Part shown: piece after piece, positions 14,224 to 26,890 of the stretch
How positions within the stretch are numbered: position 1 is the first letter of the stretch
How the letters are laid out: each line of letters opens with the position of its first letter
DNA from: Octopus vulgaris
Taxonomy: Eukaryota
Reading direction: 5' to 3'
Assembly (NCBI GenBank): GCA_951406725.2
Contig: OX597815.1
Span: forward strand, 175,150,001-175,214,000
DNA: 64,000 nucleotides
Position numbers and translations under genes: made by a program
Notes under the pieces: generated by a model
Told to the model about the DNA's origin: nothing
What the model saw: only the letters and a program-made list of their open reading frames with translations
Databases searched by the model: none

Positions 14224-14769
14224 GGATGAGTCAAATGGAATTCAATGAAACATTTTTGTGGATGACTGGATGCCTTTCTTGTTGATAACGCTCAAGAAAA
14301 TATTTCCCTATGGCTGGACATGTATTCACAGAAGGTTGGAAACAAATGTCACTTGTATCACAGGGACACTCGTTTACAACAATCACATGACAAGACAAGG
14401 AGACACAAGGAAACACACACATACACACACACACACACAGAGCAAGCTTCTAAATATAATAGACTCAGACATAGCTGTGTAGTTAATCTTATAGTTTCAG
14501 ATTCAGTCACACTGCATATAACCTTGAACAGTTGGTGAACTGTCTCCAACTATGGCCTTGGGCCAACCAAAACCACAAGAATGGATTTAGTTGGCAAAAA
14601 CTGAAAGAGTGTATAAATATATATATATATACACACACTCACATATGAGAGAGAAAGAGAGAAGCAAAGTTTGCTTCCCAACCAAATGACTTTGGATTCG
14701 GTTCCACTAACCTTGGAAGCGGATTTAGTAGGAAACTAAAAGCAGCTTGTTCTAGTTCTAGTCTTCTCT

Positions 14770-15215
14770 AGTTCTGTCCCAGAACTAGAGAAGTTTCAGG
14801 TGTGGATGCAAGGTCTAGAATCAAACGACCTTAAAGTTAACCTAGCAAAAACCAAAGTTCTACTCATAAGAAAAGCAGACAAATCACAAATACGTTCAGA
14901 TAGATGGCCCTGCTTGATCTGTAGAAGAGACAGGTAGAAACTCCATAAGATGTACCCGGTGTAAGCTATGGACACATAAGAGGTGCAACAATATCAGAGG
15001 AAGGTTAACTGGGAAAATAGTTGTGTGTGGCAGATGCACAGGTATAATTAACACTAAAAATGTACAGAAAATAGATTCCATCAGATGCCAAGGGTGAAAA
15101 CTAGAAGTAGTTGATAGTTTCTATTACTTGGCTACAAGAGCATAGTTGTGAAAATAGAAATAAGCTGGGCAAAGTTCAGAGAGCTCCTACCTTTGCTGGT
15201 AACAAATGGCCTATC
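14770..15215 (+). mobile_element. RTE-clade LINE fragment (post-RT region)
   Basis: Decayed 'ELEKF..W', 'NLAKTKV', 'LWTHKRC', 'AWAKFRELLPLL' motifs shared with the other RTE copies in the window. Confidence 0.8.
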
Positions 15216-17396
15216 ATCTAGAAATAAATCAGAGACTTTTTAAAGATAGGGTTAGGGTGTGACCTATGGGAGATCTAGTTGCTATTTCTAGTTAGGCAAG
15301 CAAATAAATTCCTTCATTGGCTCAATTTATTGAAGATTAAGAATATTTGAGGAGACTAAGTGACATAACCAGCAGATGATGACCTGGAAGAAAACAATGG
15401 CTGGATGAAATCTGAACAGATTACAGCAACAGCAGTCTAGCACCTTAAATACCACACAATTTCCTTGAAAATTTCCAGATATCAATAAAGGAAAAAGAAA
15501 TTTACCTTTCACCCATAGTAAGATATTTGCCTGGTCCGCAGTCATAACTATTGAACTCTGTATTATTGTAAGCTTCTTTTAAAGGATTCCAATCATTTAC
15601 ATCAAAGGAGGCTCTAGAAAACAAACAACCCGAACATTACAATGGGAACAATAGCTAAAATCAAGATGCTAAACAACTGATATGATCAGGAGCCTTATTA
15701 CAGCTGATGTGGCTGCAAGCAAGACACCTAAACATTGCTGATCTCAAATGCTTGATGTACTGAACAAGTTGGCACTTCTACTTCACAATAAGTTTGGTAG
15801 AGGTTTACAATTAACTGAGTGAAATGCAGAGCTAGAGTTTTTCATAATATGAATTCCTAGTTTCAGGTCCCATTCAATGGTTGCAATTTTGGTGTCATGA
15901 AACCACACACATCTTTGTTATAATGATGCTAATGTAAGTAATAATATATATGTAACTAAAGCTCTTCCTTTCACAACCTACCACACCCTACTCACACTGC
16001 CTCATATCAACCACCTAACTCAACAAAGAGAATGTTTTGACAGACAGAAAGTTGCAAAGGATGTCAGCTGATTTTCTGTTAAACAAGGGAGCTTCTACAA
16101 AGTCATTCAACCTGCTGGAAATAGTAGCCAAATCTCTCAAATCACATTTTACTGTCTTTAATTTGGGAAGAATATACTGGGCAATATGGTAACATATTCC
16201 ATTCTGTAAAGCAGTTAGTTTTAGGAAGGGCACCCAACTGTAAAAAAACCATGCCAAAGTAGACAGTGGAGCTTGGCGCAGTCCTCTGGCTTTCCGACTC
16301 CTGTCAAATCATCCAACTCGTGCTAGTATGGAAGACGGACATTAAATGATTATAATAATTCCATATCCAGACAAAAAGGATTTGATAGACAGGTATAAAA
16401 TCACAACTATACTCTACATTCCAGTCTAGAGATTCTATCTTCTAACTTTTCTATGGCTTATAGCTCCTGACCCTCACAGATTATTGGTTTTGTGCCACCT
16501 CAATTTAGATACACTTGGCTTGTTCGCATCAGGTCTTCCCATCACATATCCCACCTTAACCACTTCACACCAGTCCTCCATTCCTGGAACTCGAACTTCC
16601 TCCATGTAGTCATCAACAGGGAACAATCTCAGTAATTAAACATTAAGCATTAATCTAATCAGTGTTGGTGGGGGGATACAAAGGGCATGAGCACTGCCCC
16701 TTCCTCGTTACTTACTGAACAACAAAATTTACCCCTTCCCCTATTTATATTAAATCATAGAATGAATAATATTTACACAAATAGGACATGAACAAGCAGA
16801 CTTCAGAGGAACAGTAGATAGAATCATCCTGTCTTTTAATGGATCTTATACATTATCCAAAATCTCCTTCCCTTTTAAAAGCTAGCAAAGTGTATAAATG
16901 GAGGAAATTTCACTATTTCTAACAAGTCAAGTCACCATACTGGTAGCCCATGTTTTCATGACTCATTATCATCTTGAAGAATTTGGCACAGTTGACCAAG
17001 TAATGATATTGGATTCAATAAGGATTTCTAATATAAGGTCACTGGTTCCAAGATGCATTGGCCTTTCCTTTGGATAACATCAGTGGTGTGGAGAGGGGAG
17101 GATGGTATGTATGGGCAACTGCTGGTCTTCCATATGTTTCGAGATGAGTATAGTTGACTAAAACCAACCCCAAATGTAAAGTCAATTCTCCATGGGATAT
17201 AGTAGCGAAAGGGTTAACTTTAAACATAACAGACAATTCAAGTGCTTTTTTCCATCATTCAACTCATTTTGCCATGAAGATGATTGAAAATATAAATTAA
17301 AAAAAAGCTTAGCTTTCACACACTGTTCATGATGAAGCTGTAGGAATATTTGAAAATTCAAAATTTGGCAAGATGATGTAGAGTTACTGTGTCCAA

Positions 17397-17830
17397 ATCA
17401 TCATTATCATCATTTAACATCCACTTTTTATGGACGATTTGACTGAGGACTGGCGAGCCAGATGGCTGCATCAGGCTCCAATCTGATCTGGCAGAGTTTC
17501 TACAGCTAGATGCCCTTCCTAACGCCAACCACTCCAAGAGTGTAGTGGGTGTTTTTACATGCCACCAGCACAAGGGCCAGTGTGGCAGTACTGGCAAAAG
17601 CCACGCTCAAATGGCTCCTGCACAGGAGCCAGACCAGCAGTACTGGCAACGACCTCACTTGAATGTTGTTTTTCATGTGCCACCAGCACAAGTGCCAGTA
17701 AGGTGACGCTGGTAATGATCTCGCTCAAATGGTGCTTTTTATGTGCCACCGGCACGGGAGCCAGTCAGCAGCCCTGGTAACGAGCACACTCAGATGGTGC
17801 TCTTAGCGCTCCACTAGCACAGATGCCAGT
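17397..17830 (-). mobile_element. RTE 3' end with several tandem UTR units
   Basis: Family tail (reverse complement of ...GGAAGGGCATC...GACGTTAAA(TGA)n) plus repeated GTGCCACCRGCAC units; similar tails near 7910-8225(+), 23130-23345(+), 36795-36985(+), 54800-55325(+). Confidence 0.8.
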
Positions 17831-18661
17831 CATGCGGTGCTATTTTAAAATTGTCATGGACAATTTTACTTTTCAATATTAACATTTTTAAACGGAGTGG
17901 TTTGGGATCACAGGACTTTGGCATCATAAAAACAGTTCCATGTTGGTTCAGATCAAAAGAACTTATCACTAATCTTGGAATTATTTCTGCAACAATCAGA
18001 TGATATATTTACATGATATCCAAAGGTACTTCATTTTACATCCACTTCTCAATGGATTAGATAGGCTGTCAGGACCCACATCTTGCACATGTATAAACAA
18101 AGAAAACTGTTCATTTTTGGTGTTGCATTTATTTTAAGGTGTGGACTGGATGGGTTTTAACTTCCATTTGGCAGGTCATGGATGGCTGGATGCCTTTCCT
18201 CTTGCTATTTTACAGAGTAACATGAATGTATTTTGTCATGAAATCAGCACAAGTTAACCAGTTCTTGTTCTGATTTTACTGCTCTTCTAAACAGTTTGCA
18301 AAATTCACATCTTTCTAAGCTCCATTGCTGTGAGGGAATGGGAAGTGATATGGAAGTGATCACATGTAGCTTGGCAGAAAAGTTACCTCCTCCATTATGT
18401 AGGAGTTGGAAAGGTATCCTGGACAACTAGAGATTGATTGCAACTGAAGGTAAGAGCAACTGTTTCATGCACATTAAAAACTATATTCAGAGAACAATAC
18501 ATTTGTTTAGCCCATCTGATATGCGCTTTCTTTTAAAATGGTCAAATATTATATGAAGATTTGGCTGCTAACTCCAACAAGTAGAATAACCATAAAGTTC
18601 TGTTTTTCTTGTTTTGTTTTTTTGCCTTGTTTGTTTTTTCGCAAAGATTTGAAAATCTTAC

Positions 18662-18672
18662 CTGTTAGACAT
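18662..18672 (-). CDS. RRM-domain protein, start of CDS (ATG TCT AAC AG) inside the 31-nt exon 18662-18692
   Basis: ttttctattttcag|GCAAAACGAAATTTTGAAATATGTCTAACAG|gtaaga; in-frame TGA two codons upstream of the ATG; phase 2 fits exon 12885-12939. Confidence 0.75.
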
Positions 18673-19499
18673 ATTTCAAAATTTCGTTTTGCCTGAAAAT
18701 AGAAAATTATGACAAATTTTTATAGTTTATAAATGAAAAAAATTTCTAGACTTTATACCTACCCCCATGTTTTTCAGATTAAAACTGTTAAACCAATATT
18801 ACAAAAAAAGGGAGAAAATTCTTGCTTTGAAGTTCTTCACCAAAATTGAAATTTCAACAAAATAACATTAAAAATTATTTACTACCAATCACTTCAATTC
18901 AGGATGATTTTTTTAAAAATTTGTTAAGACATTGATTTATTAAAAATAAATAAAAATTGTTTATCAATTTCAAATGTAAGGAATAACAGAGTTACTTGCA
19001 AATGGAACCGAAAAAGCTGTCAGTGTATGCGGCAGTGGTAGGATCAAGTTAAGCTACGTAGCCAAGAGATGAGTGGAGCTTGTGGCAAGTTTTGATACAT
19101 TTGCAGAGCAGCAAACAGCCATTCAAGACAATGGTCTTTATGGAGTCCAGGAAACATTCTTGTCAAACATATAGGATGTCTAAATGCAGCAAACTGGGGT
19201 TAACAATTTCCCCAAATTAGAATTAAGGAAGCTGGGCACCAGTGTGATTTTCAAAAAATAAATCATGGTGATTAGGACTACAGACTCCCAAGTTTGTCAT
19301 TATTTAGTCTCTGGTTAGCTTGATAACCACAGGGTATACACAACCTCTCTCTCTCTCTCACTATATATATATATACACACACACATAGTTATCCGACTGG
19401 GTGGGGAGTTAACTTGGACAAGTGTCGACCAACAAAAGTGAGGTAAGAATTTTCGAAAACCTCACGCGAGACGGCTCTTTACTCTTAACTTTCAGAAAA

Positions 19500-19790
19500 A
19501 TGGATAATTTCTAAAGAAATTTAATCTAAAACACCTTTCAGAGTGTGGAGATTACGATTAAATCAGAATTTAAGATGAAAAAATGAATTTGGTGGGCTCG
19601 CTTACGTACATAATGACACGCATCACATACCTACAAAATGAAACTTGAAATTTGGGAAGATTGTGTTGTGTGTCAGTATGTAAATGTGCGCGCTCACTAT
19701 TTTTCTTTTCACATTAAATTCCGATATAATCGTAATTTACACACTCTGAAAAGTATTTGTAGAAAATTTTTTAAATAATACCCATTTTTG
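19500..19790. repeat. Imperfect inverted repeat (foldback/MITE-like relic)
   Basis: tttcagagtgtggagattacgattaaatcagaattt (about 19536-19571) versus aaattccgatataatcgtaatttacacactctgaaa (about 19716-19752), with weaker match extending on both sides; related motif near 38588. Confidence 0.5.
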
Positions 19791-21509
19791 TTTTAATTAT
19801 GAGAAAACAAAGCCAACTTGTGTCAATTTTCCTAAACTCCTCTTCCCACATGTAGACAATTTTTTCCCCCCCACAATTCTAATATAATCAGAATCTACAA
19901 CATCTGAAGTGTATCTTTAGAAAATTTCATTTTTCTGAGTTATGGGGAAACAACATCGATCGGGGGGGGGTGCACATGAATAGGTATGTCTATATATCCT
20001 AGATGGAAGGGACAAAATAGACATGGTCCGAAAACATTGCCACAACAAACCCCCATTAAGGAAGCCAACTAAGGGTATGAAGGTGATAGTACTGTTAGAC
20101 GAGATCCTGACCCCTCTTCCCAAACAGGATGAAATCCTAATGGTTAAAGTTTTGGTATACATCTTCGAGCGGAGGTAAAGAATAACCTTAACCCCGGGTG
20201 TGCGTATTCTTTACCCTTCGTCCTTCTTCGTTATGTACACCCATGTTTTTTCAACAAGAATAATTTTAAAGATGTTTTTCCTATGTTTCAAGCAAAATAA
20301 TAAAAGCCGTGTGATTAGCGAAAATGTGGTTGTACCGATTACCAACTATTGTTTTCAATAACTGAAATCAATTTTTTAATTTCCTTAGTCAGTAATACAA
20401 AGCTGCATTTAATTCTACTGAGTTTGGCCACTATGAAGGATCGCCGCCGATATGACAATTAGTTAAGGATTATTCTTGCAATTCCACAGAAATTGAAATG
20501 TAGATTAGACTAAAATACTAAAGAGAAAATAAGTATAAAGACCATAATAAATGGTTGAAATTTTCTATTAGAACTCCTAAAATAAATATGTAGGGGACTG
20601 CTTCTCAAGTGAAACACGTGTTGTTCCAGGGACAAAAATGGATTCTCTTTAAACAAGAAAAACTATATTAACTCGGCTTTATATTTCAGAAATAAAAGGT
20701 TTTAAACTAAATTTTTAATAAATAGTACTTAGAAGTGATTAAACAATGTTTTTGCTGGTAATTTATAATAATCAATTCAAAGTTGGATTGAATGACCAAT
20801 TGTTAAATTCTTCCGACGTCGACTTTGATTCTTCTGGAAGACATTTCATTAAAAAAATATACAAATATGAAGATTACTCGTTAAAGATAGTTTTTCTATA
20901 TTAAGTTGCATTTAAGAGTTCACATCACATTTGGCCCATCATTTCTTCCACATACAGGTGTGTGTGTGTGAGTGGTGAGAAACTGAAAGCATAATTTCAT
21001 GGAATAACGAAAATAACTATTCGAGTACTGTAACAATGTGTAAGAGTGTTGATAAACGACAACTAAAAATATTTGGCTTTTTAGCCACATAGCCATCATA
21101 AATGATGCAGTAGTCCGTCCTAATTCTCGAAGGGCCCTGATGCAAGTACTACATCTTGCAGATCCTTGTTTTGCAAAGGACTAAAATGCGTTGTGAACTT
21201 TTAACACTATTTGGTTTTTTAAAAAAATAGAAAGCTAATATCTTATTCGAATAGATATTTATAAATATCAGTTCTAGGTAAATTTGAACTTAAAAAGAAC
21301 AATTATTTCTCGAAATGGGGAGGGATCCGATCGTTAAAATCGACAATATGAGGGTCAAGTGGCGATGTTAAAATTTCTTCGTCACATAATTTCTGGTTTG
21401 GACTATAATTAAAACATTACTGTTATAACATTATTGTTCAGTGTAAAAACAGATAGACAAGTGAGGTTAATAATAAAAATGAGTGCATGCGATAAATCTG
21501 GACGCTTAC

Positions 21510-21670
21510 CTGAAAAAGAGCAGTAAGTGTAAGGAAAAGAGAATGTTAGCAAAGAAATGAAAGTCCGGCAAGAAGATGAGAGGAAGACATCAACAGAAAC
21601 TGAAGAGAGGAACATTCGTTATGAGTAGATGGAATGAACCAATAGAAATAAGTGTTTGTTTTCATCCAAT
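21510..21670 (-). promoter_or_regulatory. Probable proximal promoter and first non-coding exon of the RRM gene
   Basis: Consensus donor CAG|GTAAGC at 21510/21509, Inr-like TCAGTT at 21603-21598, CCAAT boxes at 21639-21643 and 21666-21670; CpGs locally retained. Confidence 0.55.
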
Positions 21671-22329
21671 CAAATCTGTCGTTATGAAAATAACTAAAAC
21701 CTGCTTTTGAGCGTTCAAGGGAGATTATTATGTTCCCTTTAATTTAGGATTAAAAGAAAATGCCATTTTCTTTTGAAAATTATTTATTCTCTAAATCAAT
21801 ATGTTTTCAAATTTGTTAGCAGCTTAATATGAAATAATAATCCAATGGATGGGATGCAGCAATAAAAATGGAAAAGAAATGATAATATTGATATAATAAA
21901 AAGTGTGACAATTTGGAAAAAAGTCGCTTTGATAATCAGATAACCACTGGATTAAATATTACTTAGTTAATTAAGACTGTATAAATTAATACAGTATTTG
22001 AATAGTTATTATATATGATAGCTCTTCCTACATTGCTTTTATAAATTCTTATTTAATTCAAAACATAGGTTTGTAACACCTTTTAGGTACATTGCTCCAA
22101 GACTCAAGAATTTCAACATTACAAACACTACTCTCACCTGTAACAGTTGCAAGATGACAATCAAGAAAAGAAATGATGCTTCGCTGCATCATTCTAGTGC
22201 CTTTAAAATTGAAACCATTCCTTCAAATGTTTGTCAGGGTTTTTTCAGAGTCCTCTTAACTACGATTCGCCAACAATGATGTCCAATAAGTATCACAATT
22301 TCATGGAAACTGCCATGTGCTGACGACCT

Positions 22330-22760
22330 TACCACAACAAACCAAACTAGTTCTCTGCATCTCTTCCCTTCCTCACATTTCCACTTCATGCCCTATGCCT
22401 ACATCCCACTCCCCAATCCTGTCCTCTTGACCCTATCTCACTGTATCATTGCTATCTGCTAGCCCCCAATCTGTGTGTTCCATCCACACAAGAAAGCTTT
22501 TCACACACCCTACCAAAACAAACCAAACTACATCTCTACATCTCTTCTTCACGTTCCTGCCTCCCTACACCATGCCTACCTACCACTCCCCAATCCTCTC
22601 CTCACAGCCCTGTTCCTCTGTATCATAGCTATCCAGTAGCCCTACCCAGGTTTAGCCACTTATATTATGACCCTCAAACCTCAAGAGTATACCCTGGCAC
22701 TTGCCACCCTCTATCTCTCTCTCTCTCTCTCTCTGCCTTTACTTAACCTTCCCATTTATA
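22330..22760 (+). repeat. Unclassified interspersed repeat with an internal tandem duplication of about 180 bp
   Basis: Unit beginning taccacaacaaaccaaacta...catctcttc...ctccccaatcct occurs at about 22330 and 22510; the same two-unit layout recurs at about 36230-36760. Confidence 0.6.
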
Positions 22761-24101
22761 ATCTGATCCCTACTCCTTGTGAATGTCCTCGCCACTTTGC
22801 CACCATCTCTATCCTGCTGTCTCCCACTCTCTCTCTCTCTCTCTCTCCTTCTCCTGCTCTTCCCCCAGGTTGGATAACCATGTGTCTCCTTTGTTGCAGT
22901 ACACCTGTTTCTGTCCTCATTCCTGATCTCTCTCCCTCTCTCTCCTTCTCTCTCCCTCTCTCTTCCTCTCCCCCTCTCTCTCCCTCTTCTCTCTCCCTCT
23001 CTTTCCAGCCGGGTAACCTTGTACCTCCTCTACAACCAGACACCTGTTTCTGCCTCTTTGTCTCACTCTAACCTTTCATCATCCGACACAAGATCCCCTC
23101 CCCTCTCAAAAGACTTCTGTCTCGCTGGTTACTTGGTGACCCTGTCAGTGCAGGTGCCACTTAAAAAAGCATCCCGTCCACATTGTAAAGTGGTTGTCAT
23201 TTGGAAGGGCTTCCAACTTTAAAAACCTTGCCAAAACAGGGACAGAAGTCTGGTGCAGGCTTCTGCTTGGCTGGCTCCTGTCAAACTGTCCCACCCATGC
23301 CAGTATGGAAGATGGACATTAAACAATGATGATGATGATGATGATTTACATAAAGGAAGGTGAGAAAGAAATAGAAAAGACTGTGATAGCATGAATGATG
23401 CAGTTCTCCTGATACAGGAGAAACTCTCAACTAGGGCCAATTAAAGAACCCACAGAGCCAAGATTACCCTGACCACCAAAGGCACCAGCCCTCATCATCC
23501 TCTCCAATCTACAAACAAACACATGCTTAGAGTAGGGCCGTTCACTCTAACCATTTTTTGCCCACTGTCACCCATCTTTTCACAAATTCACTGGAAAGTA
23601 GCACTTCCCTCTCAGCTCTCACTTTCCTTTCCAAGTATCTTCTGCTCCTGTTTCACGTATCTCAAAGATGATAAAGACTGGGATAAAGAACTATTTCACT
23701 TACATCTCACTCAAAGGTGGGAGTAATGCTCTTCTTTTTTTTTTTTTTAACATCAGTGAACCTTTTGATTGTGTGTTACAAGAGAACTTCAGAGCTAAGT
23801 TGCTTGCTTATGAGGTTCCCCTGTCTCTCATTTCTGAAATCACTAGTTTCAGATCACTTGAATAACTTTCTTCTTCCATCTACATTATTAACTCTCTTGT
23901 ACCCCATAAGTTTTGCTTATCTCTTGCATTCTTCTTTCTGAACATTAATTACCTATTTCTTAAAATTTCAAAGTAAATTTAATCTTTTAAGATGCCATCT
24001 TCCCACACCTCATTAAACTTTGTATATACAAATATAATTCATATGAAATCTAAAAAAAACAGCTTTTCAAATTTTTAATTTTCTCTGCAATACATGGACA
24101 T

Positions 24102-24533
24102 TGTGACTAGTTTTGGATAGTTATAAATACTAGAATTTGGCATGGCAAAATTAGTTAGTGAACGGACAACTAGAGTCATGGCCACAAGCAGGCAGCCACT
24201 AGAGATCAAATGGCCAGAGGGGGAAAGAAAGTTACAATCAGCGATTATGCATGACAACTTCCCACAACTCTCACTTTCACTAACTCACTTTCTTTTCTCT
24301 GTAACTTTACCAATCTCTCTCTATATACTACTATGAGAACATGTACACACATACCAGCCAATATTAACTCTTTTTTTCCTCACATGCTTTTCCATTTACT
24401 AATTATACATACCAACCAGTTGTGGTTTTGGATATATACAAAGTAACGGTAAATAAATATTTTCTTAAACTTCAATTGCTGCTCTTCTTCCATCTTGCAT
24501 ACTGGCAACCAACACCTTAACAACAACAACCAT

Positions 24534-24537
<4 letters not shown>
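24102..24537 (+). mobile_element. Solo LTR-like element
   Basis: TG...CA termini (TGTGACTAG...CATTACA), internal AATAAA; homologous to 26891-27326. Confidence 0.65.
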
Positions 24538-24579
<42 letters not shown>

Positions 24580-24580
<1 letters not shown>

Positions 24581-25100
24581 CTCAGCATATCAATCTCCTG
24601 GAAACTGTTCAGGAATGTGCAACCAGACGAATAATCGCTGTCAAGTGTCTATCATGCTCTGAATGTCATTCTTCTCTGGAAATGGACACATTAAAGTGCC
24701 AATGTCTGGCAACTGATCCAGCTGACACCCTCAAGATTATCTACTATTTTTCCAACAACAATCTTGGGCACATTTTTGAATTCCATTCATCTAACACTCA
24801 TGTAACATGCTTACAAAATCAAAAATCAAACCAGAACCTATAACTTTCAGAAAATATTTTTTCACATTCAGAATTGCTGAACTGTGGAATAAACTCCCTA
24901 CATCAGTTGTTTGCAGTTGAGACACTGCATCCTCCAAAACTTCCCTGCTTCTGAAATTCATCAACAGTACACTTGTTACTTCCTCCCTCCCGTTTCATCT
25001 TCCATTTTTTTAAGACGTTTTCACTGTTTACTTTCCGTGCATATTTTATGTAATGTTCATGCAGTTTTAGTTGCTTTTTCTGCTGAGTTGTAGTGCACTT
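24580..25100 (+). mobile_element. Degraded CR1-like LINE 3' fragment
   Basis: 'INLLETVQECATRRI' and 'FRIAELWNKLP.SVV' type C-terminal motifs. Confidence 0.6.
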
Positions 25101-25214
25101 GGGTGCTTTTACATGTCACCAGCATGGATGCTGCTATATGTCACCGGCACAGGCCACAATAATGATTTCACTTGGCTCAACAAGTCTTAAGTGGTTGGGC
25201 AAGCAGTTTGGAAG

Positions 25215-25740
25215 CAGTCATCAAGATCAGGAAGGCACAAGCTGGTCACAAACTAAAGAAAGTCTGGAACTTCAAATTGGCCAGGCAAATCGAAATGAAG
25301 CTGTTCATTACAACTGTTGAATCAGTGCTATCATATGGTCGTAAAATATGGACACTGACAAAGAAATGATCAAACGGGCTAAATGGATGCTACACAAGGA
25401 TGCTACGAATGGCTGTAAATGTGAAATGGCAGCAACATCTGACAAATGAACTGCCTTTATGGAGACCTGTCGAAAGTTAGCAAGAAGATTAGGTAAAGAT
25501 GACTGTGATTATCTGATCGTTGTGTGTGCCACCCTGAGCTGGGAGCATCCAAATTACTCTTGTGGAACCCACTTCATGGTGATGTAAGCAGAGGAAAATG
25601 TCACATTTACACCAACAACTCGATTGCAGACATTGGCCTGGAATGTATCCAGGATCTCAAGGCAGTGATGATGGACTGAGAAATGCAGTCAGTAGACTTT
25701 GTTGATGCAGCCTGGGTTGGAACCCGGCCATAATAATAAA
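25215..25740 (+). mobile_element. RTE-group LINE 3' fragment (second family) with (TAA)n tail
   Basis: 'KLFITTVESVLSYG..WTLT', 'GCYTRMLRMAVNVKWQQHLTNE'; ends in taataataa. Confidence 0.7.
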
Positions 25741-26890
25741 TATTATTCTGAAAGTCTGCTTTTCTGGTTTCCAGTTAGGTGTGGTGGGGCACAATGAGTA
25801 ATATTTACTGCATTTTTGACTTTATAGATGTTCTCTTCTTAACATAAATCAATTGAGCAAAAGACCTTCTCTAAATGCATTAAAAACACTATTTCAGAAA
25901 ATTATCTCCATTCTCTTTATATATAAAAGACAGATTTAGATGATGCAAAATGAGTAAGACAAGATAAGGTAAATTTGCTTCTTCAATTCTCCAGAATTAC
26001 TCTTGAAAAAATCTCATCTTATAATAATTTTGCTTTGTGTACTTAGCCTGAATGTTAAACTTTCATGTGATTAAAGAAAAGAGGGAGAGAGAAGCATCCA
26101 TGATGTGAGGTAGAGGGAATGTAGTTGTGACACTTTCATATGATCAGTTGAAGAGAAAGAGACGAGAAAGAAAAGGGAGAGAGAAAAAGAGGATAAGGCA
26201 ACGAGTAAGACTGAAAGAGGGAGAAAGAAAAAGTGAGAGAGAAACGTCCCTGACATGAGGTAGGGGGAATGAAATAATTTTAGCAGAGGGGTGATGAAAC
26301 AGGTGTTTGGCTGTAGAGGAGGTACAAGGTTATCCGGCTGGAGAGAGGGGGAGAGAGAGAGAGATGGTGGTGGTGGTGGTGATTGGATAGAGAAAAGTGT
26401 TTTTTTTTAATCAAACTAAGTTTTTTTTTATATCACCTCTCACTTAACATAAGTGCATAAGTGCAATTCCGTGAAATATTCACGCTTATTTACATGGCAG
26501 ATATATGCAATTTAACTACAGGTTGTATCATATGCACAGGATATTTTTTTTTGTATATGAGAAAAGTAGAAAAATAAAAGTGAAAATCTATTTTATGAGT
26601 TCTATGTATTTAGTCAATAAAATTGCATAAAATATGTAGTGGCTTCATGCAGGCATAGCATGGATTCGATCCTTGATCGCCAAATTTCACTTAACAGTTC
26701 AACGACACTTTTCTCACAGTAAAACAATAGCTTTTCTGTGAGTGACAGCAGTTACATTTGCCAGATGCCTTCACTAAGCAGAATAATGTCTTTGCCACTT
26801 GACCATTCTAACTTCTAGGCCACCAAAAAGCTAGAATAGAAATAACAGACTGCCAACGATATCTATTGTTCTCAACAATATATCTATTCT

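Noticed and set aside
20174-20290. 11-bp hairpin GGTAAAGAATA/TATTCTTTACC and a possible minus-strand donor near 20214
   Set aside because: Short and unsupported; cannot be distinguished from chance or transposon debris.
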